A stretch of DNA of 64,000 nucleotides from an uncultured Mycoplasmatota bacterium (GTDB taxonomy: Bacteria; Bacillota_I; Bacilli_A; RF39; UBA660): the NCBI GenBank assembly GCA_900553835.1, contig USFF01000002.1, positions 6,756 through 70,755 on the forward strand, read 5' to 3'. Shown one piece after another: positions 8,540-16,477 of this stretch; within the stretch, counting starts at the first letter, position 1, and each line of letters opens with the position of its first letter. The position numbers and the translations under genes are program-made. The notes beneath the pieces are model-generated. The model saw only the letters and a program-made list of their open reading frames with translations. It was not told the DNA's origin and ran no database searches.

Positions 8540-8962
8540 TTATTTATCTTCGTGAATGTCATTTTTAGGTTTTTCTAAACCGTCTATTTTTATACCTTTC
8601 TTTTCAGCATAATCCCAAAGTGCAGCACGAATTGCTTCTTCTGCGAGTAAACTGCAATGAACTTTAACTGGAGGTAAACCATCTAACGCTTCCATTACTG
8701 ATTTATTAGTAATTTTTAAAGCTTCATTTACACTTTTACCCTTAATTAACTCTGTAGCCATAGAACTAGTAGCTATAGCAGCACCGCAACCAAAAGTTTT
8801 AAACTTAACATCTTTAATAATTCCATTATCATCTATGTCAAGATATATTCTCATAATATCCCCACATCTTGCATTACCAACTGTTCCAACACCACTTGCA
8901 TTCTCTATTTCACCAACATTTCTTGGATTAGTAAAATGATCCATTACTTTTTCTGAATACAT
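8540..8962 (-). CDS. iscU: Fe-S cluster scaffold protein IscU/NifU-like
   Basis: MYSEKVMDHFTNPRNVG, GNARCGD, FKTFGCGAAIA and a conserved C-terminal Cys. The start at 8962 sits directly after the iscS stop. Confidence 0.9.
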   Translation of the reverse strand: MYSEKVMDHFTNPRNVGEIENASGVGTVGNARCGDIMRIYLDIDDNGIIKDVKFKTFGCGAAIATSSMATELIKGKSVNEALKITNKSVMEALDGLPPVKVHCSLLAEEAIRAALWDYAEKKGIKIDGLEKPKNDIHEDK

Positions 8963-8963
8963 A

Positions 8964-10139
8964 TTAGTTTTCTCCTTTCTTAACAAAGTCTTCATATAAA
9001 GGACTCATACTTCTTAGATTACTTATAATTTCTTTTAAAGTATCAACTACATAGTCAATTTCTTCCATAGTATTATCATGGTTCATAGTAAGTCTTAAAG
9101 AACCATGCGCTATTTCATGTGGAAGACCTATTGCTAAAAGAACATGACTAGGATCCAAACTACCACTAGTGCAAGCACTTCCGCTTGAAGCACATATACC
9201 TTTAGCATCTAATTTTAAAAGCATTCCTTCTCCTTCAATAAATTGAAAACTAAAGTTTGCATTCCCTGGTAATCTCTTAATTCTGGAACCATTAAGTTTT
9301 GAATAAGGTATCTCATTAAGTACTCTGTCAATTAGACGCTCTCTTAAAGATAGAACATATTTGTTATTCTTTTCCATTTCATTAAATTTAAGTTCTGCAG
9401 CCTTAGCAAAACCAATTATACTAGGAGCATTAGTAGTACCAGCGCGTTTTCCTCTTTCTTGCATTCCACCATTAATTAAAGGTAAAATATTAACTCCTTT
9501 TCTAACATATAGAAAACCAATTCCTTTAGGCCCTTCTATTTTGTGTGCACTTGTACTAAGCAAATCTATATTCATTAGATTAACATCAATATTAACATTA
9601 CCATAAGCTTGAACTGCATCTGTATGGAATATTATATTATGTTTCTTACAAATTTCTCCTATTTCTTTTAAAGGCATAATGCTACCTATCTCGTTATTAG
9701 CGGCCATTATACTTACCATAATAGTATCTTCTCTAATAGAGTTTTCTAGTTCATGTAAATCAATAATGCCATCCTTATCTACATTTAAGTAAGTAACTTC
9801 AAAACCAAGTTTTTCTAAATAATGACAACTTTCTAAAATAGCATGATGTTCTATTTTAGTAGTAATAATATGTTTACCTTTATTCATTCTTCCAATCATT
9901 ATTTTTTTAATAGCCCAGTTGTCTGACTCACTTCCACCACTAGTAAAATAAATTTCATCTTTACTAGCATTTATTGTTTTAGCAAGAACTTCTCTTGCTT
10001 CTTCCACCTTTTTGCTGACTTCTCTTGATGAGGTATATATACTACTTGGGTTAGTGTAATATTCTGTAAAATATGGGAGCATTTCATCTAATACTTCTTT
10101 TCTAACCTTAGTAGTTGCAGCATTATCTAAATATATCAT
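8964..10139 (-). CDS. iscS: Cysteine desulfurase (NifS/IscS type)
   Basis: MIYLDNAATT, SAHKIEGPKGIG (PLP Lys), SSGSACTSG (active-site Cys loop). Confidence 0.92.
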   Translation of the reverse strand: MIYLDNAATTKVRKEVLDEMLPYFTEYYTNPSSIYTSSREVSKKVEEAREVLAKTINASKDEIYFTSGGSESDNWAIKKIMIGRMNKGKHIITTKIEHHAILESCHYLEKLGFEVTYLNVDKDGIIDLHELENSIREDTIMVSIMAANNEIGSIMPLKEIGEICKKHNIIFHTDAVQAYGNVNIDVNLMNIDLLSTSAHKIEGPKGIGFLYVRKGVNILPLINGGMQERGKRAGTTNAPSIIGFAKAAELKFNEMEKNNKYVLSLRERLIDRVLNEIPYSKLNGSRIKRLPGNANFSFQFIEGEGMLLKLDAKGICASSGSACTSGSLDPSHVLLAIGLPHEIAHGSLRLTMNHDNTMEEIDYVVDTLKEIISNLRSMSPLYEDFVKKGEN

Positions 10140-10429
10140 ATTACTTCCTTTCCTTCATTAATATGCTCAAGACCATATTTAAGTATAACTTTAATATGAT
10201 CATCACTTATACTATATAAAGCACTTTGACCGAATTTCTCACACTTAACGAGATTTAAATCTTTTAAATATTTGAGTTGGTGACTGATTAAAGAATGAGA
10301 CTTATTTAAAGAAAGTGCTATTCCACTTACACATTTTCCCCCTGAAAGCAAGCTGTTTAATATCATAAGCCTAGTGGGATCACCAAAAACTTTGTAAAAT
10401 TCACTTAATTTATTATAATCTTGTCGCAT
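10136..10429 (-). CDS. ArsR/SmtB-family transcriptional regulator heading the iscS-iscU operon
   Basis: FKVFGDPTRLMILNSL...SHSLISHQLKYLKDLNLV winged-HTH signature. It overlaps iscS by 4 nt. Confidence 0.8.
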   Translation of the reverse strand: MRQDYNKLSEFYKVFGDPTRLMILNSLLSGGKCVSGIALSLNKSHSLISHQLKYLKDLNLVKCEKFGQSALYSISDDHIKVILKYGLEHINEGKEVI

Positions 10430-10441
10430 ATATTCTCCTTA

Positions 10442-10495
10442 TATGAATAACCATTCATACAATAAAATTATAAAACTATAAAAAAAACTTGTCAA
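10442..10495 (-). promoter_or_regulatory. Consensus promoter plus 7-4-7 inverted-repeat operator for the arsR-iscS-iscU operon
   Basis: Minus strand has TTGACA (10495-10490), 17-nt spacer, TATAAT (10472-10467), then TATGAAT-GGTT-ATTCATA (10459-10442) immediately before the SD AAGGAG. Confidence 0.6.
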
Positions 10496-10513
10496 TACAT
10501 TTTGACAAGTTTA
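10486..10513 (-). terminator. Terminator after the cotZ-like gene
   Basis: AACTTGTCAA-AATGTA-TTGACAAGTT followed by a T8 run on the minus strand. Confidence 0.75.
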
Positions 10514-10533
10514 CAAAATAAATTAATATAAAT

Positions 10534-11013
10534 TTAGCCACATATACATTCTACATAAGTATCATTTAAACATCTTACACAGCATAAGCAGTTAATGTTC
10601 ATTGTGAATATTGAGTCTGTTCCAACATAAGGATAAGGACTACTTTCATCAGTGTTTTCAGCAAGTACTCTAAATGTACAGCAACATCCATCTACTTTTT
10701 CAACTCTAAATACATTCGAGCATCCTTCAGCACCAGTAGCATTACAATTAGTATTTGTTCTAGTAGTTGGCATGCTTAGTGGAGCGCCTGCACCTGAGCA
10801 CATATAAAGCATTATAGGTCTTGTATTGCATACAATACAGTTGCTTCCTCCACCTAGTGCTGGTCTATCACAAGAGTTTAAACAATTATCTGGACAAGCA
10901 TTAGATTGAAGTACATTAATTACTTGTAAAATCTCAGCTATGCAGTTGTTTTCACAAGTATCATTATTTTGACCACACCTAGAACATCCAGTATTATTAT
11001 TCATATAATTCAC
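10534..11013 (-). CDS. Cysteine-rich CotZ/CotY-like spore coat/exosporium protein
   Basis: Resembles Bacillus CotZ/CotY as I recall them: CIAEILQVINVLQ near the N-terminus, FRVEKVDGCCCTFRVL, INCLCCVRCLN near the C-terminus. Very Cys-rich. Confidence 0.7.
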   Translation of the reverse strand: MNYMNNNTGCSRCGQNNDTCENNCIAEILQVINVLQSNACPDNCLNSCDRPALGGGSNCIVCNTRPIMLYMCSGAGAPLSMPTTRTNTNCNATGAEGCSNVFRVEKVDGCCCTFRVLAENTDESSPYPYVGTDSIFTMNINCLCCVRCLNDTYVECICG

Positions 11014-11033
11014 CCCTTCTTCATATTCACTAA

Positions 11034-11060
11034 TAATTTATGTAAATAAATATTTTTTGT
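11034..11060 (-). promoter_or_regulatory. Candidate sigma-K-type promoter of the cotZ-like gene
   Basis: Minus strand has AC, 16 nt, then CATAAATTA, matching AC-N16/17-CATAnnnTA, about 20 nt upstream of the ATG. The motif is short, so this is tentative. Confidence 0.35.
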
Positions 11061-11115
11061 GAGTGAATTTAACCATTTTATCTAAAAGGTCTATTATTAT
11101 TACTATTTCCAACTT

Positions 11116-11469
11116 TTAAAGTAGTATCATTTCTCCACTATTTAAATACATATAAAAATCTTTCAATTTAACACTAATTCTTCTTTTAGTAACAATTCCT
11201 TTGTATTTCTTTTTAACTTCTAAAAATACTTTACTATCTAAAGAAACTTTACCATAACTTCTAAGTCTTACCTTTTCCTTATATATAGGTTTATCATTAC
11301 TTATTCTAATTAAGTCATCATTATAAGTATCAAAATAAATATTAGAAATATTACTTTTGTAGTATTCATCTTTAACTAAATATTTATTTAGTTTACTAAT
11401 TAATAAATCATATTCATCTTGATTTAATAAGTACTTAGTTTCCTTCCTTTGAAATTTATTTATGTACAC
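11116..11469 (-). pseudogene. VTC-domain (polyphosphate-polymerase-like/CYTH-like) protein, apparently truncated to its N-terminal half
   Basis: RKETKYLL, ISNIYFDTYNDDL, KVRLRSYG and VFLEVKKKYKGIVTKRR match VTC N-terminal motifs. The ORF stops at 117 aa with only about 100 nt before the next gene. GTG start. Confidence 0.45.
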
Positions 11470-11600
11470 TTACCACCACCTCGTCTATAATTTTAGTATA
11501 TTATATTGTTAGTTATGTGAAAGCATAGTGTAAATTAGGTGAAATATTTTTATTTATTTTTTTATATAATTATAGTATAATTTAATTAGGAGAGATTTAT

Positions 11601-11915
11601 ATGTATGGTTATGAATATTTAATAATATTAATTATTTTAATTCTAATATCTATTATAGTAATTAGAATAAATAAAAAAGACTTTGCTGTCAAAATAAATA
11701 AATTAGTTCAATATTTAGGTGGTAAAGATAACATCATAAGCGCTGAGAAAAACATGAGTAGACTAAATGTTAAAGTAAAAGATACTAGTTTAGTTAATAA
11801 AGATGCAATTGAAAAGATGGGAGCTAAAGGAATTGTTGAAATTGATAATGAACTTAAAATTATTTTAGGCCCTAATAGTGGTCAAATTAAAAAGTACATA
11901 AAAGACTTAAAGTAG
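11601..11915 (+). CDS. Membrane-anchored PTS-EIIB-like domain protein lacking the phospho-Cys
   Basis: N-terminal TM, then LVQYLGGKDNIISAEKNMSRLNVKVKD...IILGPNSGQI. It aligns to the EIIB(Glc) signature NI...hCxTRLR with Cys replaced by Asn. Confidence 0.65.
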   Translation: MYGYEYLIILIILILISIIVIRINKKDFAVKINKLVQYLGGKDNIISAEKNMSRLNVKVKDTSLVNKDAIEKMGAKGIVEIDNELKIILGPNSGQIKKYIKDLK

Positions 11916-11939
11916 AAAATTCTACTTTTTTTGTTTTTT

Positions 11940-11966
11940 TTCGACAAAATTCGACAAAATTCGACA
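11940..11966 (+). promoter_or_regulatory. Three tandem Spo0A-box-like heptamers (TTCGACA = complement of TGTCGAA) at 10-bp spacing
   Basis: TTCGACAAAA x3 at 11940, 11950 and 11960. The third overlaps a possible -35 (TCGACA, 17 nt, TATTAT at 11984-11989) in front of the histidine kinase gene. Confidence 0.55.
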
Positions 11967-12000
11967 AATATTTATGTTATTCTTATTATGGTGATTTTTT

Positions 12001-13257
12001 ATGAATGTAATAGAAGATTTAATAATTAGTGCCTCACTCACTACATTTCCAGTGCTTTTATATGAATACTTTTCACTTTATAGAGAGAATATAAAGAAAG
12101 AAAAAAGTACTATTTTACTTAGTATTTGTTTATTTGTATCATTATTTTTAACTATGAACTACAAAGATAATATTAAAGTAGAATACCACTTAATAACACT
12201 AGTTTTACCTCTTATGATATCTTATTTAAATAATAAAGATAAGGAAGCTTTAGTAATAAGTATAATAGTATCTGAATATTTAGTTAATAAACTTGGCTTC
12301 AATTTATTATTTATAACAATATTTTTCTCTCTATTATATTTCGCATATAAATATTATAGTACTACCAATAAAAAATCTAATTACTTCATAAATATTTCCA
12401 TATTATTAGTTGCTCTCATGTACTCTTCACTACTTATATTTGATTTTTCTCTTAATACCTTAACCCTTGCTTTCTTTGCTACTGTTAGTTATATTGTAAT
12501 TATAAAGATAATTGATTATGGAGTGAAAGAAGCTAAAAGTGTTATAAATATGCATATGACTCTTAAAGATTTTGAAAGAGAAAAAAATATAAAACTAAAT
12601 TTATTTAAAATTACTCATGAAATTAAAAATCCTTTAGCAGTAATTAAAGGTTATCTTGATATGTTTGATACTAAAAATGAAGAAAAAAGTAAGAGATATG
12701 TTAAGATAATTAAGGGAGAAGTAAATAGAACTCTTAATTTACTTCACGACTTTATGGAATTTACTAAGATTAAAATCGTTAGAAATGAGTTTTATATTGG
12801 AGATCTAATTGATGATGCAAAAGATGCTCTTGTACCTGTTTTTAATGCATTAGAAGTTAACTACTACTTTGAAACCGAAGATAATGCACTTGTAAGTTTA
12901 GATTATAATAGAATGAAACAAGTAATTATTAATGTAATAAAAAACGCGGTTGAAGCTTGTGCACCTTATAAAGGACAAGTTTCAACCACTGTATTTGTGG
13001 ATAAAGAATTTTTATATATATTTGTTAGAGATAATGGAAGTGGTATGACTAAAGAAACACTTGATAATATAATGGAACCTTTTTATACAACTAAAGAAAA
13101 AGGTACAGGACTAGGAGTAAGTTTAAGTAAAGAGATTATTGAAGCACATAAAGGGACTCTTCTTTATGATAGTAAAATTGGTGAAGGTACTGTCTGTAAA
13201 ATTACCTTACCTTTAAAAATAACTAATAGTAATAAGGACCATAATATGGTGGCCTAG
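12001..13257 (+). CDS. Orphan multi-TM sensor histidine kinase (sporulation-kinase-like)
   Basis: About 5-6 N-terminal TM helices, H-box ITHEIKNPLAVIKGY, N box VIINVIKNAVEA, G boxes DNGSGM and GTGLGVS. No response regulator in the window. Confidence 0.88.
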   Translation: MNVIEDLIISASLTTFPVLLYEYFSLYRENIKKEKSTILLSICLFVSLFLTMNYKDNIKVEYHLITLVLPLMISYLNNKDKEALVISIIVSEYLVNKLGFNLLFITIFFSLLYFAYKYYSTTNKKSNYFINISILLVALMYSSLLIFDFSLNTLTLAFFATVSYIVIIKIIDYGVKEAKSVINMHMTLKDFEREKNIKLNLFKITHEIKNPLAVIKGYLDMFDTKNEEKSKRYVKIIKGEVNRTLNLLHDFMEFTKIKIVRNEFYIGDLIDDAKDALVPVFNALEVNYYFETEDNALVSLDYNRMKQVIINVIKNAVEACAPYKGQVSTTVFVDKEFLYIFVRDNGSGMTKETLDNIMEPFYTTKEKGTGLGVSLSKEIIEAHKGTLLYDSKIGEGTVCKITLPLKITNSNKDHNMVA

Positions 13258-13405
13258 GAGGATAATAATTATAGTTTGGTCTAGGTCCTACTGCAGCTAC
13301 AGCAACCCCGCCTGTTAAAGCACCAAGTAAAAATGGAGCTGCAAAAGGAACAAACCTATTATCTTTTTTATAAGAATATCCTCTTCCATATAAATTATTA
13401 TACAT
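13223..13405 (-). CDS. Small Tyr/Pro/Gly-rich protein (possible spore-coat or membrane peptide)
   Basis: MYNNLYGRGYSYKK...GALTGGVAVAAVGPRPNYNYYPPRPPYYGPYYY. SD AGAGGTG lies 6 nt before the ATG at 13405. The track start at 13414 is less likely. Confidence 0.5.
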   Translation of the reverse strand: MYNNLYGRGYSYKKDNRFVPFAAPFLLGALTGGVAVAAVGPRPNYNYYPPRPPYYGPYYY

Positions 13406-13439
13406 AAAAAACACCTCTTATTATAATATATGAGGCGTT

Positions 13440-14291
13440 TTAATTTTGTTCTGTGCTTTTTAACCTAATAAAATTAATACTAGGTCTATTATTAAATCTT
13501 AAACTGGTCTTTTTATTACCTAGTCCATTTGAAATAAATATTTCTTTATCATTTAAATTATAATAACCATTATAATATTTCACGCTACCGCTAAATTTAT
13601 AAAATGGTCCATAGAAAGGAATATTTATTTCCCCTCCTAAAGTATTACCTGCTAAAAAAATATCAAAACTATAATCATTTATTTTATATAAAAGGTCACT
13701 TTCATGAGTAAAATATATCTTATAATATCCTTCGCAATCATTTATTTTATCTAAATTATATAGTGATTTATTATATGAATTAAATCCCATTAAACAAATT
13801 GGAGTAGTACTATCTTTGTATATTAAATCATAGTCGTTTTCGAGTAATATATAATCACTTTCAAGTAAAATATCTCTAACTTCTTCACTATCATTATCTC
13901 CAAGTACAAAGTATTTACCAAGTGAAGCATCAATATTTTTAAGTTCACTAACTAAATCACTTTTATTATCTAAGTACTTTAAATCACTAAGTAAATTACC
14001 TCCAAATATAACTATATCTGGATTTAGTTCATTAATTCTTTTAGCGATAAGTTTTAAAGTATCTAAATTAGTAGTAGAGCCTAAAAGTAAATCACTAAAA
14101 TAAATAATTTTAGAACCACTTAAACTCTTAGGAATTTTATCACTTTTAACTAAATATTCTTTAACATTAATTCCAGATGTACCAATATATTTTGCATACA
14201 TAAAAATGCTTATTATGAGTAATGTGAGTATAATTAAAATATTAATAAGTACACTTTTAAAACTTCTTTTTGGTTTTGTTTCTTCTTCCAT
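13440..14291 (-). CDS. YkuE-like membrane-anchored metallophosphoesterase homologue with degenerate metal-binding motifs
   Basis: The architecture matches calcineurin-like MPEs, but the motifs read DLL (for DxH), GN (GD), GDND (GNHD) and GNTLGG (GHTHGG). Confidence 0.7.
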   Translation of the reverse strand: MEEETKPKRSFKSVLINILIILTLLIISIFMYAKYIGTSGINVKEYLVKSDKIPKSLSGSKIIYFSDLLLGSTTNLDTLKLIAKRINELNPDIVIFGGNLLSDLKYLDNKSDLVSELKNIDASLGKYFVLGDNDSEEVRDILLESDYILLENDYDLIYKDSTTPICLMGFNSYNKSLYNLDKINDCEGYYKIYFTHESDLLYKINDYSFDIFLAGNTLGGEINIPFYGPFYKFSGSVKYYNGYYNLNDKEIFISNGLGNKKTSLRFNNRPSINFIRLKSTEQN

Positions 14292-14298
14292 TTTACAC

Positions 14299-14985
14299 CT
14301 ACTGAGCCATCATTATCAGACCATATACAAGAGTGTTATGCATCATATGAGCTACTACACTAGAAAATATATTATTACTTTTATTATACACTAGTCCAAA
14401 AGTATATCCTAAAGCACCATATGGAATTATATATAATAGTTCTAGAAAATTACCATCTTGTAAACCCGCTATTGTGTGAAGAAAACCAAATACTAAAGCA
14501 CTTACAAGTGGAAAGAATTTATTTTTTCCAGTTACTTTTCTAAGGCCAAACCTAAATATCATTTCTTCAACAAAAGGCGCTACTACGGATATTGATAAAA
14601 ATCCTATTACTGGATAAATCTTAAGAGAGTCTCTAACTAAATTTTCATTAGTACTTCCAGCATTATTTAGAATAAAAACATTTATTATTATATTACTAAA
14701 TACCATTAATCCAAACCCAATACCCCAGTATTTTAAACTATCTGAAAAGTTACTTACTTTACTAAAATAATCTTTTAAATTCTTAAGTAGTTTATCTTTG
14801 TACATCATAAAATAAATAATAAGTACAAAGAAATTACCTAAGTAAACAGAAGTAGACTCAGGAAGTTTAAATACTTTAAAAATTATCATTCCTATCACTT
14901 GAGGCACTAAAATATATATAAATATAAGTACCAAGAAATCTAAAACATCTTTAATTTTATTTTTTACCTTTTCCATTATATTCAC
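14299..14985 (-). CDS. CPBP-family (CAAX) intramembrane glutamic endopeptidase
   Basis: EEMIFRFGL, FGFLH and HMMHN motifs in a polytopic membrane protein. Confidence 0.85.
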   Translation of the reverse strand: MNIMEKVKNKIKDVLDFLVLIFIYILVPQVIGMIIFKVFKLPESTSVYLGNFFVLIIYFMMYKDKLLKNLKDYFSKVSNFSDSLKYWGIGFGLMVFSNIIINVFILNNAGSTNENLVRDSLKIYPVIGFLSISVVAPFVEEMIFRFGLRKVTGKNKFFPLVSALVFGFLHTIAGLQDGNFLELLYIIPYGALGYTFGLVYNKSNNIFSSVVAHMMHNTLVYGLIMMAQ

Positions 14986-15040
14986 CTACTTCTATTTTAC
15001 TATAAATAATAAAAAAAGAAAACTCCTATTATAAGAAGTT

Positions 15041-16225
15041 TTACATTTTTTCTACTTTAATAATTACTTTTTTACCTTTGCTAACTACTAGGTTATCAAT
15101 TTTTACTATAAAGTTAGGATCTTCTACTTTTTCATTATTTACTTTTATACCACCTTGTTCAACTAATCTTCTAGCTTCACTTTTAGATGGTGCTAGTTTA
15201 GTACTAACTAATAAGTCAAGAATATTCATTTCATCAAATTCTACCTTTACAGTAGGCATATCATCATGAACTTTACCACTAAAGATTTCTTCACTTGTAA
15301 CTCTAGCTTTTTCAGCTTCTTTCTCTCCATGTAAGTCCTTAACCACTTCAAATGCAAGAGCTTTCTGCGCTACTCTCTTTTCAGGTGCTTTATTTTGCTC
15401 CTCCATAATACTTTCTATTTCTTCTTTAGTTAGGAAAGTAAATACTTTTAAGTATTCCTCTACTTTAGTATCATCACTATTTAAAAGGTATTGGTAAATT
15501 TGATATGGACTAGTTTTTTCCTTATCAAGCCATAATGCATTACCTTCACTCTTACCAAACTTATTACCTTGTTTATCTAATATAAGTGGCATTGTAAAAC
15601 CATAAGCCTCTTTATTTTCTATCTTTCTTATTAGTTCAATACCAGTAGTTATATTACCCCATTGGTCACTTCCTGCTGCTTGAAGTTCACAGTTGTATGT
15701 ATTAAATAAATGTACAAAATCAAAACCTTGAAGTAATGTATAAGAAAACTCTGCATAAGTAATACCACTTTCAAGTCTTCTAGCAATTATATCTTTACCA
15801 AGCATATAATTGACATTAATATATTTACCAATATCTCTTAAGAAATCAAGTAGTGTTACATCCTTTGTCCAGTCATAATTATTAACTATTACAGCTCTGC
15901 CATCAAGCAATTTTTCAACTTGTTTTCTTAATCCTTCAATATTCTTTTCAACAGTTTCCTTAGCTATAATTTCTCTTTCAGCAGTTGGTCTAGGATCTCC
16001 AATTAATCCAGTAGCACCTCCAACTAATATAATTGGTTTACATCCATGTAAAGCAAGTCTCTTAGCAGTTACAAAAGAAGCATAATGTCCAATATGAAGG
16101 CTATCTGCTGTTGGATCTGTTCCAAGATAGAATGTAATATCACCTTTATTTAATCTCTCTTCAAGATCAGGACTACTAATATCCTTTACTACTCCTCTCC
16201 ACTTTAATTCTTCAAAAAATGTCAT
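15041..16225 (-). CDS. tyrS: Tyrosine--tRNA ligase
   Basis: HIGH motif (LHIGHY), KFGKS (KMSKS variant), C-terminal S4-like domain. Preceded by a Tyr T-box. Confidence 0.93.
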   Translation of the reverse strand: MTFFEELKWRGVVKDISSPDLEERLNKGDITFYLGTDPTADSLHIGHYASFVTAKRLALHGCKPIILVGGATGLIGDPRPTAEREIIAKETVEKNIEGLRKQVEKLLDGRAVIVNNYDWTKDVTLLDFLRDIGKYINVNYMLGKDIIARRLESGITYAEFSYTLLQGFDFVHLFNTYNCELQAAGSDQWGNITTGIELIRKIENKEAYGFTMPLILDKQGNKFGKSEGNALWLDKEKTSPYQIYQYLLNSDDTKVEEYLKVFTFLTKEEIESIMEEQNKAPEKRVAQKALAFEVVKDLHGEKEAEKARVTSEEIFSGKVHDDMPTVKVEFDEMNILDLLVSTKLAPSKSEARRLVEQGGIKVNNEKVEDPNFIVKIDNLVVSKGKKVIIKVEKM

Positions 16226-16436
16226 AGTTTCTCTCTCCTTTCAAAAATAAAAAGGTGGTTACCAAAGGACTCTTAAATAAGAGTGGTACCACCTTAATTT
16301 ATACTCTTTACTATAACGCGTAACCATTAATTTCAAAACGTGTAATTCGTTTTCATATATTTAATTAACTTCCACCAACCGTTAACTCTCTGTGTACTAA
16401 TATATAAAACTACTTCTTCGTTTCTCTTCAATTAAT
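16226..16436 (-). promoter_or_regulatory. T-box leader (Tyr specifier UAC) with terminator/antiterminator
   Basis: Minus strand has AGAGA/AGTA-type stem I elements, specifier GAAUUACAC (TAC at 16344-16342), and T-box AAGGTGGTACCAC (about 16296-16284) overlapping the terminator GGTGGTACC...GGTAACCACC + T run. Promoter is TTGTCA-17-TAGAAT at 16471-16443. Confidence 0.85.
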
Positions 16437-16477
16437 ATATAAATTCTAACACAAAATTTTATATTTGACAAGCCCCT

